From a virus (Duplodnaviria; Caudoviricetes), in IMG/VR virus record IMGVR_UViG_3300029305_003320, positions 19,869-83,868 of that record: DNA of 64,000 nt. One strand, given 5' to 3'. The position numbers and the translations under genes were made by a program. Below the pieces are notes generated by a model. That model had not been told where the DNA came from. It saw only the letters and a list, made by a program, of their open reading frames with translations, and did not search any database. Shown here piece by piece: positions 1 to 10,228 of this stretch (its first letter is position 1; each line of letters begins with the position of its first letter).

Positions 1-10
1 AAATACTCGC

Positions 11-3000
11 ATGTTTGTAGCTGAGTATGACACGACCAAGACTAATCCTCTAAAGGTTCTGTCGACAAATACACTAGAATACGAACTGCATAAGAGCAAC
101 GGTCTTACGTATGCGTTTGTGAAGATACCTGTATATCAGTTCTCTACTGCTACAACTGTCGAGCCTCTTGTGAACGGATCGGGATATCGTAGAGTCATTG
201 ATTATACAGATAAGTTTTATGCCATTAAGTGCATGGCTGAGACATACGTAGATGGAGAAGGCTGGGCGACAAGAGAGCTTGCTCTTTCTATGTCTGGAAG
301 AGTATACGATCCTGATGTGCCTACTGCTGTATTTACTGTCGATGCCGATAACAATCAGTGCATAGTAGAGATTCCGTATGTGTACTTTACCAAGGGTATC
401 ATTCGTGGTAATCTGAGAGTTGACATATATACAACTCGAGGATATCTAAACTACACTGTTCCGGCTGATACATCTGACTTTGTGACTATCGACATGTTCG
501 CTACAGCTCTTGATAGCGATATAGCCAAGTTCGTTGAGCCGTTCAGAACAATGCCCGGTCTCGAAGCACATCCTTACACGGAGCAGATAACAGGCGGATC
601 TAATGGTTACTCTTATGAAGAGCTCCGTAGACGTATCGTTAACGACTCTTTTGGAATGAAAGTTCTTCAGACACCTAAGGATGTCGAGACATATTTCGCA
701 AATGAAGGATACGTTGTATCTCTGTACAAAGACGGAATAACAGATCGTGTGTATAATGCCCATGCGACTCTTCGTTGGACAGATAATTCAATTGTAGCAT
801 GTGCTTCGATAGACACACTGATTACCAATGAGACACTGAATTCATCTAAGTCAGTGATAAATGTTTTAGAAGACACATACACGATCCTTCCATCAACAAG
901 ATATAGGTTGGATGTTAATAGCGGACTGTGTATACCCCTCACCGACACTGAACTTCAGGAACTCAATGATCTTGAGTTAGTAGATCGTGTTAAAGCATTT
1001 AACAACAATGAATACACTATCTGCCCTTTCCACATTCAGGTATCAACTGCAGCGAAGTATCCTACAACCGCTGTGTTCGATCTGACAGATGCTGATATTG
1101 ATTCAAATGTGTTTCTTACATCAAGAGAAAACGTTGACAAGTCATTATCTGTAAGTTCGGCTGTAATGGAAGTAGTTCCTATGGACTATACCGGTAATAA
1201 AGACATGGTTACCGATAAGTACAGAATGACTATCAATGTTACAAGGTCTGGTCTTGACAGTACAACCGCTGTAATGCTAGATGAAGGTGTAGAGGGCGTT
1301 AAGCAGTTTAGAGTTCTAGTTGGCGTCAAGAAGCTTGATGGGAGTTTTGCATTCGCTGAGGCTAACTATGTGAATCGCGTTAACAATGTCGATGTGTTCC
1401 AGATGGACATATCTGCAACAGCTGCATTCACACAAGTTGGTGATGAGTACGCCGTAAGACTCAAGACTCCATTCACTACTGCAGAAGAGGGTGTTGATGT
1501 ACTCCTTAATTCTGAAGTAAGAATCGTTTTGCTTCTTAGGAAACTTCTGTTCTCGGATAATGTTGTACTAACTCAAGACTACCTGTCTTCTGATTTCACT
1601 AATAGTGGACTAGAAGATCTTCCGATGTTCTCAGCTGTATGTGAGAATAGACTAGTTGTTCATTTTGGAAAATTGGTGAATGAACTAGACGCTCGCATGT
1701 CTTTGATGTACAGTGAAGAAAAGTATCGTGAATATGAAACTACTCAGTTCAAAGTCCTTGAGCAGCCAATTTACGAAACTGATAACGATGGCGTGCCGAT
1801 CGCTATTGTTAGTGAGGGTAATCTAAGGTTAACTGAAAAATACCCTGTAGGGACACTCGAAGCATTTACTCATACACTTCCTCAGGAGCAGATTACGCTA
1901 TCTACACTGTTCTACACCAATCTACACGGATGTAGCTTTGTAGCAGATCCGGTAGCTGGTAATACAGGGATGCTAACAAGCGGAGTTCTGTATTACCAGT
2001 GGGGCCAGGACACAATTGATGCAATGGAAGGTGTCACAGCAACTGTGTACAATGCCCCAATTGTTCCTAAATTCTCAGTTACAGCTGCGACCATGGATAG
2101 CTCTGGAACTAATGACTGTATAGGAGATTATCTCCTGGCAGAAATACTTGACAATAATGGAGTTCCTAAAGCTAAATCTAGTTCATCTGAAGATAACAGA
2201 TGGTACAGAGTGTTCAAAGACAAGAACGGAGATACAGAACATTATGAAGTTACTCCGATGGATGCCTTGCAGTTTGTAATAAATCATGCTTTATCCATTA
2301 AGAACAATGCATCATTAACCGTTATCGATGGTGTAGAGGAATATCACGTTCAGGAATCCGGCGGTAGCTATAACTACTATCTTCCTGGAGTTTATAATGG
2401 AAGCAACGATGGTAGCTACAAGACGAATCCTCTATCGAGCGTTGAAGCTCGTGAAGGTATGTTTGTGTTTGTTGTACATGATGCAACTGCTACATCTAGA
2501 TCCAATTATGATAGTTTGAATGTGATCAAACTGTCTAATAAGTCTATATCAGGATCGGAAAATAATTCCAATTCTGAAGGCACTTTGGGTGGCACGCCAT
2601 CTGCACTGTACTTCTATCACAACGGCGAATGGCATCTTGTAATGACATTCACCAGTAGCACTAACAATACAAACTCGTACGATTCGTCTGGACTTCATGG
2701 CGGAGTTCCAGCTTCTATTGAGTGGGCGAATCTTCGTCTAAACGAGCTTGAATCTGTAGTTGATAATGAGTACGAATTAGGCATTCGTCATGGGTATGTG
2801 TATCTAATACACAGAATAACTCCTACACAATTCGTTGAAGGACGTACGGATGTTGAGGACTATAATTGGGAGAATTCTCCAAGTTCAGTTATTAGCCCAT
2901 TCCAATACGTTGCCTTCATGACAACAGATTCGAATGGGGTTCCAGTATTTACTGGACTTAACAGTGCAGATAGATTCATTCAGATAGATACTCTAAATAC

Positions 3001-3928
3001 TCCGGCTGATCCTAGCAAGACGTATTACATTGAAGATTCGTCAACTGGATCATTCCTGGAAAGAACAGGTGTGTCTTCGTTTGAGGCTGGTGTTGCTTAC
3101 TATGATAAAGCAACACTTCGTCCGTGGGACGCGTATGTTAACAAGTGGCCATGGGAAGTATCTGAGTGGAGAAAGTTAAATCGTGTAGCGGATACTACAA
3201 CTGGTGCGTATGCTTATACGTACACAGTAGATAGCCTGTTTACAACGGTTATGGACAAATACAGACTGACTCCATACTGTAAGTACGTCGCAGGTCAGTA
3301 TCGTTTGGATTCTAATGGCAAACCGTATGTAGAAACTCCTCGTCAAGTTCAGTATCTACTGAATATGCTTCAGATAGATGCGAAGTTGGCAGAAACAACA
3401 GTTGTTAAGAGTACAAGATCTTATCCTAGGAATCTTATTTCCTTGATGAGAACTCATTTTGCTAATCTTGGCAATATTAAGAATAGACTGTATACCAACA
3501 CTAAGTTGTTCTTTGAACCAATGAAGTCAATTGGTTATGGTTTATTCTACACAGATGGTGAAACCACCACTGAATATCCACTAGATATCACCATGGGATT
3601 CAAACTTCATGTGTCTGCAGAAATTGCAAGCGATGATACAATGCTTGACAACCTTAGAAGGTCTGTTATAAGCATCATCGATGACCACATGGCTGAGGGC
3701 GGATGCAGTATGACGACCATAGCGGAACTCATTAAGCAGAATAACTCTGATAGTGTGAGGTACGTTGACGTCCTAGGTATCAACGGAAACCAGAAACTTC
3801 AGACGATGAGGTGTGTTGATCCTGAGGTAAGACCTCACTTAAAGCACACACTTGAGCTAGAGGATGACGGCATTACCATTACACTACAGCGTGGTTTGAC
3901 GCTCGAGTTCGTGGTGGCAAATGAGTAG
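11..3928 (+). CDS. Large virion structural protein, baseplate-wedge-like (probably 5'-truncated by the window edge)
   Basis: 1305-aa ORF whose frame is open upstream of base 11. The segment GGSNGYSYEELRRRIVND...DGITDRVY resembles baseplate-J/wedge-type proteins of phiKZ-like phages. It contains a KTYY mini-module near 2975-3110. Confidence 0.55.
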   Translation: MFVAEYDTTKTNPLKVLSTNTLEYELHKSNGLTYAFVKIPVYQFSTATTVEPLVNGSGYRRVIDYTDKFYAIKCMAETYVDGEGWATRELALSMSGRVYDPDVPTAVFTVDADNNQCIVEIPYVYFTKGIIRGNLRVDIYTTRGYLNYTVPADTSDFVTIDMFATALDSDIAKFVEPFRTMPGLEAHPYTEQITGGSNGYSYEELRRRIVNDSFGMKVLQTPKDVETYFANEGYVVSLYKDGITDRVYNAHATLRWTDNSIVACASIDTLITNETLNSSKSVINVLEDTYTILPSTRYRLDVNSGLCIPLTDTELQELNDLELVDRVKAFNNNEYTICPFHIQVSTAAKYPTTAVFDLTDADIDSNVFLTSRENVDKSLSVSSAVMEVVPMDYTGNKDMVTDKYRMTINVTRSGLDSTTAVMLDEGVEGVKQFRVLVGVKKLDGSFAFAEANYVNRVNNVDVFQMDISATAAFTQVGDEYAVRLKTPFTTAEEGVDVLLNSEVRIVLLLRKLLFSDNVVLTQDYLSSDFTNSGLEDLPMFSAVCENRLVVHFGKLVNELDARMSLMYSEEKYREYETTQFKVLEQPIYETDNDGVPIAIVSEGNLRLTEKYPVGTLEAFTHTLPQEQITLSTLFYTNLHGCSFVADPVAGNTGMLTSGVLYYQWGQDTIDAMEGVTATVYNAPIVPKFSVTAATMDSSGTNDCIGDYLLAEILDNNGVPKAKSSSSEDNRWYRVFKDKNGDTEHYEVTPMDALQFVINHALSIKNNASLTVIDGVEEYHVQESGGSYNYYLPGVYNGSNDGSYKTNPLSSVEAREGMFVFVVHDATATSRSNYDSLNVIKLSNKSISGSENNSNSEGTLGGTPSALYFYHNGEWHLVMTFTSSTNNTNSYDSSGLHGGVPASIEWANLRLNELESVVDNEYELGIRHGYVYLIHRITPTQFVEGRTDVEDYNWENSPSSVISPFQYVAFMTTDSNGVPVFTGLNSADRFIQIDTLNTPADPSKTYYIEDSSTGSFLERTGVSSFEAGVAYYDKATLRPWDAYVNKWPWEVSEWRKLNRVADTTTGAYAYTYTVDSLFTTVMDKYRLTPYCKYVAGQYRLDSNGKPYVETPRQVQYLLNMLQIDAKLAETTVVKSTRSYPRNLISLMRTHFANLGNIKNRLYTNTKLFFEPMKSIGYGLFYTDGETTTEYPLDITMGFKLHVSAEIASDDTMLDNLRRSVISIIDDHMAEGGCSMTTIAELIKQNNSDSVRYVDVLGINGNQKLQTMRCVDPEVRPHLKHTLELEDDGITITLQRGLTLEFVVANE

Positions 3929-3962
3929 TTTCCTACCGTGTGAAGGTAACAAAAAAGATGAT

Positions 3963-3996
3963 ACCTAGGTGCACGGCTCGCGCCGTGCACCTAGGT
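3963..3996. terminator. Bidirectional hairpin terminator (15-bp perfect stem)
   Basis: Between convergent genes; A-tract on the left, TCTTTTT on the right. Confidence 0.8.
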
Positions 3997-4008
3997 TAGT
4001 CTTTTTCA

Positions 4009-4557
4009 TCAATCTTCTCCTGAGGTTTGGTATTTCTTTGGAGGCTGACTAAGGTCAACTGCCACCATTGAAACACACACATTCTCTACGTGAAGATTTA
4101 CCGCATCAGCCCAGCAATCTAGCACAGGAGTGAACTTTAGTTTGTCCAGTGCATCTTCTAGCTTATCGAAGGTATGAGCATCAGTAAGACGATCTACAAG
4201 TTTGTCTTCATAATTAATGTAGACTTTCTTTTTGGTGTCTTTCAGAGTCCCGCCTATGACGTATTTGCAAGAAGTATCGTCGAATCCAGATACTTCGTAA
4301 ACTATAGCGTAACCGTTTTCATTAGGTAAACATTGCCCAACAAATCCTCTATGACCAAATCCTAAGATATATTTCCCGACTTCATTAGCAATAGCAGGTG
4401 AATTGAACATAGTAGCATCTGAGATAGACTCTACAAGAGAAAGTTTGACTTCTCCGTTTTCATCAAACTCTTGCCTCACGAACTTTGGAGCCTCATTTTC
4501 TTTTTCGAAAATGTAAGCATACCCAAAGAGCAATCGCTCGTTTAGTTCACTTGGCAT
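4009..4557 (-). CDS. Hypothetical early protein
   Basis: 182-aa ORF, last of a tight three-gene operon downstream of TATATTAC at 4995-5002. Confidence 0.65.
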   Translation of the reverse strand: MPSELNERLLFGYAYIFEKENEAPKFVRQEFDENGEVKLSLVESISDATMFNSPAIANEVGKYILGFGHRGFVGQCLPNENGYAIVYEVSGFDDTSCKYVIGGTLKDTKKKVYINYEDKLVDRLTDAHTFDKLEDALDKLKFTPVLDCWADAVNLHVENVCVSMVAVDLSQPPKKYQTSGED

Positions 4558-4770
4558 CTATTTCCTCCTGTTCCTTTTGCGAGCTTTCTTGGCCGCTTTA
4601 CGAGCCTTATCAGCTTGGCGTTTACGCTTGACCTCTATAAGAGATCTACTTGGTCCATGGTGAACTCCGAATGCGTCGTCGACCATTTCCATTGGGCTTC
4701 CCCAAGGCTGGAATGCAGTTGATGCCAATGCAGAGATCATCGCCAATTTAGTTAAGCCGTTTGAGCTCAT
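4558..4770 (-). CDS. Small protein with Lys/Arg-rich C-terminal tail
   Basis: 70 aa ending KRKRQADKARKAAKKARKRNRRK; abuts its neighbours. Confidence 0.6.
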   Translation of the reverse strand: MSSNGLTKLAMISALASTAFQPWGSPMEMVDDAFGVHHGPSRSLIEVKRKRQADKARKAAKKARKRNRRK

Positions 4771-4773
4771 AGT

Positions 4774-4956
4774 TTAAACCCATTCTACTCTAATCTTGGT
4801 AACGTAGTCGTTCTTCTTCTCTGCAGAAGTACTCTCTCCTACTTTGAATACTTTAGCTTCGGATTTCTTTTCTGACCATTTGCCGTTACCGCAGGCATAC
4901 ACCTTCTTATTGAAGATGTCTGTACCTGTAATAACGAATTTGCCTGTAATAGCCAT
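4774..4956 (-). CDS. Small hypothetical early protein
   Basis: 60 aa, preceded by an AAGGA RBS and the TATATTAC motif. Confidence 0.6.
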   Translation of the reverse strand: MAITGKFVITGTDIFNKKVYACGNGKWSEKKSEAKVFKVGESTSAEKKNDYVTKIRVEWV

Positions 4957-4994
4957 GGTTAAGTCCTTTCTTTGTGAGGTGGTATTACACTAGT

Positions 4995-5002
4995 GTAATA
5001 TA
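4995..5002 (-). promoter_or_regulatory. phiKZ-type early promoter motif TATATTAC
   Basis: Exact match upstream of a minus-strand operon. Confidence 0.7.
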
Positions 5003-5011
5003 TGCCCATTA

Positions 5012-5803
5012 TTACACAGGGATTGATTTGTCGTAGACAGAGTTTGTAAAGTCAACCTTCTCTTTTCTCAAGAACTCAGAGATGTCTCTAACGGATTTAC
5101 CACGCCAGTCCATCAAAGAGCTAGCAGAGTTTAAGATGCCAAGATTGACAGGAAGTTCGTCTACAAACTTCTCAGACTCGTGTTTTCTCCACTCTCCGTT
5201 CTGATCCTGTTGAGTGTTTCTGGTTATCCTGAAGATATATCCTCCACGCTTCCTGATCATTTCGGCTTCATTTGGGAAGCGAACGTCACTGATGAGAACT
5301 ACAGCTTTAGGGCTCCAAACGTTTTGACGTGGCTCATCGCGAAGTTTGTATCCGTTCATGTAGTTGCCGTTATTAAGCTCATTGTTGAGCTCATCTATCT
5401 TCGAACTCAAGAAATCAACCCACACGTTTGGATGTAGATTGTTTCTAAACATTTCAGACCCTACAAGTTGCATGAATCTTCTTGGAGTAACTGGAACATT
5501 CTTTCCATTTGAATATTCAGTTAACCATGGATGAGCCCAATGCTCTTTACACGCCTGATCTGATAAAACTTGATCGCTGAATCCGAAGATTCCGGCTATC
5601 TGTCTGATAGGATCTGCGAACGCCATTTTCTTTCTCAAAACGTTGAGAGCTGCAAGCGAGTCTGCAAGAGCATTGACGGCAGAATCTTTTCCTGATTTTG
5701 CCGCTCCGCAGAACCCAATTACCATAATTTTTCTGTTGTCTAACATGACCAATTTCCTTTCATTATACGTATATTTACGAACTATTTTATGTTCAACATC
5801 CAT
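5012..5803 (-). CDS. Deoxynucleoside monophosphate kinase (T4 gp1-like)
   Basis: P-loop GFCGAAKSGKDS, FADPIRQ, PRRFMQLVGSEMFR, ISDVRFPNEAEMIRKRGG. Confidence 0.85.
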   Translation of the reverse strand: MDVEHKIVRKYTYNERKLVMLDNRKIMVIGFCGAAKSGKDSAVNALADSLAALNVLRKKMAFADPIRQIAGIFGFSDQVLSDQACKEHWAHPWLTEYSNGKNVPVTPRRFMQLVGSEMFRNNLHPNVWVDFLSSKIDELNNELNNGNYMNGYKLRDEPRQNVWSPKAVVLISDVRFPNEAEMIRKRGGYIFRITRNTQQDQNGEWRKHESEKFVDELPVNLGILNSASSLMDWRGKSVRDISEFLRKEKVDFTNSVYDKSIPV

Positions 5804-5833
5804 TAATAAATAACATTATAACAAGGAGCTTTT

Positions 5834-6028
5834 ATGCCCGGAGCAATAACGAAACGGCAGGTTCTTGCGATACTTGCCGTTTATGCTGTTACACGTGGCG
5901 TAATCGATGCGCTTAAACCTGTTGAAGATGATACCGCCGAATCGGCAGCCTTCGATAAGGTGGCGTTCGATGCCACGATGAGTGCTATAACATCCAAGGC
6001 CGAGAGCCTCACGGAAGGAGGCAAGTAA
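5834..6028 (+). CDS. Small hypothetical protein, translationally coupled to the next gene
   Basis: AAGGAG RBS; TAATG stop/start overlap at 6026-6030. Confidence 0.6.
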   Translation: MPGAITKRQVLAILAVYAVTRGVIDALKPVEDDTAESAAFDKVAFDATMSAITSKAESLTEGGK

Positions 6029-7641
6029 TGGCTGATCTAACCAGTTTCCGTACTATGCTTGCAGATCGTGCAGCAGCCGATAAAGGGCTGCCGCATATCG
6101 CATTAAAGTGCTGTACTGATTTCGATATCGATCTTCAGAGGTTGATCAATGTTGACAACCGTCAGGAAGGTGAGTCAGATTCGCAGGTTGTGACTCGTTA
6201 CATAGACGAGATCTGCGACGCTCTCACCAGCCCTGAATATGCCGGTATAGCTGAGAAGATCCAGTCAGTGATCACAGCATTCTCAGATCGTATTAAAGGA
6301 GCCAATGCATCCATCAATGACGTCCGCAGGACTGCTAAGCAGCTTGCAGAGGTCATGGAGAAAGGCAAGACTGAATATCTTGCTAAGGATCCGTACGTGG
6401 CAACACACCTCAATTTAACCAATGTGTCAGTAGACTTCCCTGTGTGGGAGTGGAACGGGCCCAAACTTCTCGGTGGTTCCACTTACATTAAGGAGAGAGT
6501 TGGGGGACAAATCGTTGCCAAGGGCATTGAGCCTCCTCAAGATTTTGACTACAGAGCGTTCGTTAATGGCTGCGAGAATATAGCCACTAAGACGACTCTT
6601 GAACCAGTAGATGCACAGCCAGAAGTTATCGAGAATGCAACTGATGCTATTGTCGATGCTCTTGGCGGAGAGTCTACCAAGGAAGAAGTTGCCGACGTTG
6701 TCAGCGTTCTCTTCGGTTCTAAGAGCGTTCGTGGATATGTTCTTAACCTGCAACGCATCATCGGGATGAGTCCCGCTGACCTGTTCGCTCGAGTTAAGGA
6801 ATACGATCAGTTCATCTGCAAGTATTATCCTGTAGCGGAATCCATTACTGAAGGACATGTAACTCTTCCTGAGTCATGCGCTGAGAAGGTTAAAGAAAAT
6901 GCCGAGAAGCTCCGCACACTGTGCGAGTTCATGGCGTACTTCGAAGCTATGGAGCGCGAGACAGTTTTCAAGTCGGCTATCCTTCTTCAGGGTGGTCTTC
7001 TGAACTCTGATGCTCAGGCTGAGTACACTGATGCAGGGGGCACTGCTCTAATGATAGCCCACTACCTCAGGTACATGTACAAAGACGATGTCAATAAAGT
7101 TCCTGCACGTGGTATCTCCGGCAAAGTGATCATTGAGTCGGCCGCTCACAATGAGAAAATTGTGAAGTCCGATATTAGCAATATCACAAGTCGCATTGCG
7201 ATAGCTACGACCAGGGCCCGCAGTGAGGCATTCAGAACAGTTGCCCACCGCTATGTCTGCAACAAGATAGATCGTGAAAATGCTGATGCTACAAGTGGAG
7301 AGAAGTCCATTGCCATTGAGCGTTTCATGTCTGACACTGTGAAGAAGATCTCCGGTAGGATACTTCATCACGACATCGCCTTCCTTGATGCTGCCCTCAT
7401 GCTCATCATCGAGCTGGACTACTCCGGTACGTTCGTTGAGCAGATGTACAACAAGCTAGGTACTGCGTACCTTGCTAAGATTAATTCTGCTGAGGATGGC
7501 AAGGTTTCCGAACTAGACCTCCAGGTTGCTGGTATGGAGGTCGTTGCTGAGATGATTAGCGGATTTATTGTTGACAAATTGGTCGACGCTTGCGTGTGCA
7601 AAGACGAGACCAACAAGTCCCCGATTGTCCCTGCTCAGTAA
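6028..7641 (+). CDS. Probable virion structural protein
   Basis: 537-aa helical protein in an operon with head-type genes; GGAGG RBS. Confidence 0.45.
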   Translation: MADLTSFRTMLADRAAADKGLPHIALKCCTDFDIDLQRLINVDNRQEGESDSQVVTRYIDEICDALTSPEYAGIAEKIQSVITAFSDRIKGANASINDVRRTAKQLAEVMEKGKTEYLAKDPYVATHLNLTNVSVDFPVWEWNGPKLLGGSTYIKERVGGQIVAKGIEPPQDFDYRAFVNGCENIATKTTLEPVDAQPEVIENATDAIVDALGGESTKEEVADVVSVLFGSKSVRGYVLNLQRIIGMSPADLFARVKEYDQFICKYYPVAESITEGHVTLPESCAEKVKENAEKLRTLCEFMAYFEAMERETVFKSAILLQGGLLNSDAQAEYTDAGGTALMIAHYLRYMYKDDVNKVPARGISGKVIIESAAHNEKIVKSDISNITSRIAIATTRARSEAFRTVAHRYVCNKIDRENADATSGEKSIAIERFMSDTVKKISGRILHHDIAFLDAALMLIIELDYSGTFVEQMYNKLGTAYLAKINSAEDGKVSELDLQVAGMEVVAEMISGFIVDKLVDACVCKDETNKSPIVPAQ

Positions 7642-7648
7642 CTCATAC

Positions 7649-7681
7649 GTAGCCAGTAGGGTGCATCACACTACTGGCTAC
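7649..7681 (+). terminator. Hairpin terminator
   Basis: 11-bp stem plus extension, followed by a T-tract. Confidence 0.65.
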
Positions 7682-7707
7682 ATCACTTTTTTAATAACGG
7701 AGAAATC

Positions 7708-9279
7708 ATGAACCTATGTATTAAGAAACCTGGCATGTCTAGTGAGATAGTCACAGACAAGCTAGAGATGACAAGTATTGAGTGTGAAGCACTCGAGACC
7801 CTGTATGCTGCAGGGTTCCAGCTGGATAGTATTAGCAGAGTTATCGACAATGCTAACTTTGCTCTAGCGTGGCTGAACAGTGCAGATGATAAAAAGTCTG
7901 TAGTTGACATGCTTGAACTGGAGAAGTCCTGCGAAGGACTCATTGCCAAGATTGATGGTGAAATCACAGCAGAAGCTGCAGTTGAGGGAATCGGAGAAGC
8001 TCTAGGCAGAGCCTGGGAAGCTATCAAGTCCTGGCTTGAGAAACTGTTCACTGCTGTGTTTAATCTTATCGCAGCTATCTTTGGTGCTGATGGGATCAAA
8101 GATAACAAACAGAAGCTTACTGATCTGAAAGAGACGGCTCCTGATGCAGATATTCTTGCCAAGGCTGACCTTAAGGGATCCGGTGTAGATATCACAGCTG
8201 AGCTCATCAAAGGTCGTACAGCTCTTATAGCAGAACTACTTCCTCAGCTTCAGAAGAATGCTGAAGAACGTCTAGCTGCCGCTGAGGCTTACAAGAAGGA
8301 TCTTCAGTCTCAGGTAGAGATGGCTCGTCTAGATGAGCGTGTTAAGGCACTCCAGACACTTGTAGATAAGTCTACTGAGCTTTCTACCAAGTACAATACT
8401 GCGATGGCTGAGCTAGCATCCAAGAACAGCACTGCTGTTAACAACAATAACAACAACATTCTTGCTGGTTTGACTCCTGCTATTCTTACAGGTTTCGCCG
8501 GAGCTTATGCTGGAGCGTTTGATCCTAGTGGTCCTGCGGCAAAGATTGCAGAAACAACTAAGAAGATCAAGAAGGTCACAGAAGAGATCGAAACTGAGAC
8601 AAAGAAGCGTAAAAAGAAGCCTGAGACAGGAGATGGTGGCGGCACCACTCCAAAGCCTCCGGCACCAAATCCGAATCCCAATCCTCCTAAACCGCCTGCT
8701 CCGAATCCAAATCCCAACCCAAATCCGAAACCCCCTGCGCCTGCACCAGATCCTGTAACCAATCAGGCTCTTAAGGTTCTAGCAGATCTTGGAAAGACGA
8801 CAGCGTCTGACTTCCGCATCATTAAGGCGGAAGATAAGTACGTTGACTCTGTTTGGGGTAAGATTAAGCGCGGTGCTGGATGGGTCTGTCGTAAAGGATG
8901 GGGTGGTAGAAACATTAAGGGTAACAAGGGGCTTCTTGCTGCTGCTCGCGAGCATAACAAGACTGCAACCAGAACTGTCATGCTTTGGGCATTGCGTCTG
9001 TATGTTATCGATGCCAATGAATCTACCATCGCTGATCTAGCTCAGAAGATTGGAACTGAGACAATGGTTATCAAGGCATTCATCACTGCCCTTAGAGCCA
9101 CCGGTCTTAAGAAAACATTTGACACAGATAAAGGTGAATACCAGTGCACTGTGCCAGATGATGCTACAGCGAAGAAAATCGCTGCCGCACTTAAGATCAA
9201 ACAGACCGATGTCGAGAATATCGTCAAGGAAGCCAATAAGCTCCCTGATCCTAAGGACTACAAGCCTGAAGAGCACTAA
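7708..9279 (+). CDS. phiKZ-type internal head protein with Pro/Asn-rich linker
   Basis: Acidic N-terminal propeptide ending EAAVE/G, then an amphipathic helix (GIGEALGRAWEAIKSWLEKLF); PKPPAPNPNPN repeats near 8645-8755. Confidence 0.65.
   Translation: MNLCIKKPGMSSEIVTDKLEMTSIECEALETLYAAGFQLDSISRVIDNANFALAWLNSADDKKSVVDMLELEKSCEGLIAKIDGEITAEAAVEGIGEALGRAWEAIKSWLEKLFTAVFNLIAAIFGADGIKDNKQKLTDLKETAPDADILAKADLKGSGVDITAELIKGRTALIAELLPQLQKNAEERLAAAEAYKKDLQSQVEMARLDERVKALQTLVDKSTELSTKYNTAMAELASKNSTAVNNNNNNILAGLTPAILTGFAGAYAGAFDPSGPAAKIAETTKKIKKVTEEIETETKKRKKKPETGDGGGTTPKPPAPNPNPNPPKPPAPNPNPNPNPKPPAPAPDPVTNQALKVLADLGKTTASDFRIIKAEDKYVDSVWGKIKRGAGWVCRKGWGGRNIKGNKGLLAAAREHNKTATRTVMLWALRLYVIDANESTIADLAQKIGTETMVIKAFITALRATGLKKTFDTDKGEYQCTVPDDATAKKIAAALKIKQTDVENIVKEANKLPDPKDYKPEEH
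8645..8755 (+). repeat. Pro/Asn low-complexity repeat (PKPPAPNPNPN x2-3)
   Basis: Visible in the translation and as CCAAATCCGAATCCC-type DNA repeats. Confidence 0.8.
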
Positions 9280-9289
9280 CATCTCCAGT

Positions 9290-9323
9290 CAACCTACACC
9301 CGGAGTGATCCGGGTGTAGGTTG
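9290..9323. terminator. Hairpin terminator (15-bp)
   Basis: Between convergent genes. Confidence 0.75.
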
Positions 9324-9379
9324 TTTATTATTTTTGACAAAAAAGATGGTGGCCAACTTAATAGTCAGCCACCACCACA

Positions 9380-9892
9380 TCAGGCAGCAGCCTGAGTGAT
9401 TGCAGCTCTCAGCACACTCAGAGTCCGATTCCACGACATGAGGAATTTTCTCATGAACGCAGTGATCTGTTCTTCATTGCACGAGGAGAAGTCCTTCAGG
9501 ATATCAAACGAATTCCTGTAGAAGTTTTCATTGCCTGCATCAAACGTGATGTAGGTTCCATCGGCATACGTGTTCGTCAAGTCCGCGTATACTACATTGC
9601 CGTCATCATTCAAGTCGAATGCGACATGTGCAACGGAAAGTACCAGTGCTTCTTTCGGGGAGTCGATACGAAGGATGTACCTATGATCGGAGTCAAAGAC
9701 TTCGTCTTCAAGGTATCCTATTTCGATACTCCACAGATTGTTGATCTGGATTGACAGTCCGCCTGCAGTGGCAGAGTTAAGCGGCACTATGCGAACATAG
9801 CCGGTCCCTTCTGGGAAGATGTTGTTGATTTCCTTAGACATTTGTCCAAGTGCATTATCGAACCGAGTTACGAGTTCTGTGTTTGTACTCAT
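9380..9892 (-). CDS. Hypothetical early protein
   Basis: Start moved to MSTNTE (ATG 9892, AAGGA RBS); TATATTAC at 9963-9970 upstream. Confidence 0.65.
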   Translation of the reverse strand: MSTNTELVTRFDNALGQMSKEINNIFPEGTGYVRIVPLNSATAGGLSIQINNLWSIEIGYLEDEVFDSDHRYILRIDSPKEALVLSVAHVAFDLNDDGNVVYADLTNTYADGTYITFDAGNENFYRNSFDILKDFSSCNEEQITAFMRKFLMSWNRTLSVLRAAITQAAA

Positions 9893-9962
9893 TTGCTTTT
9901 CCTTTCTTGTTGTTTGTGAACCTGTTCGTAAACCGATACTACTTAGGCTCTTGTTCATGCTT

Positions 9963-9970
9963 GTAATATA
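9963..9970 (-). promoter_or_regulatory. TATATTAC early promoter motif
   Basis: Exact match, preceded by TTATTTAGGC (also seen at 23743). Confidence 0.7.
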
Positions 9971-10027
9971 TGCCTAAATAAGAGTTCAATTTTCCCATTT
10001 TATGACTTCTTTAAAGGAGAAACTTTT

Positions 10028-10213
10028 ATGAAAAAACTAAGTATCGTATCACTAATCGGGCTCGCAGTTGTGTTCTGTGGATGCTCGCCTTGCGCTGGTT
10101 GCAAATCAACCGGTGATAATAACAAACCAGTTGCACCTGAGACTTATCAGGATGGCGGAGCCCAGAAGGGAGATCCACAGCTTCCTGAACAGAAACCATG
10201 GTGGAAGTTTTAA
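10028..10213 (+). CDS. Small putative lipoprotein
   Basis: MKKLSIVSLIGLAVVFCGC: basic N-terminus, hydrophobic core and lipobox-like Cys; AAGGAG RBS. Confidence 0.6.
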   Translation: MKKLSIVSLIGLAVVFCGCSPCAGCKSTGDNNKPVAPETYQDGGAQKGDPQLPEQKPWWKF

Positions 10214-10228
10214 TGAGGAGAGTGTGTC

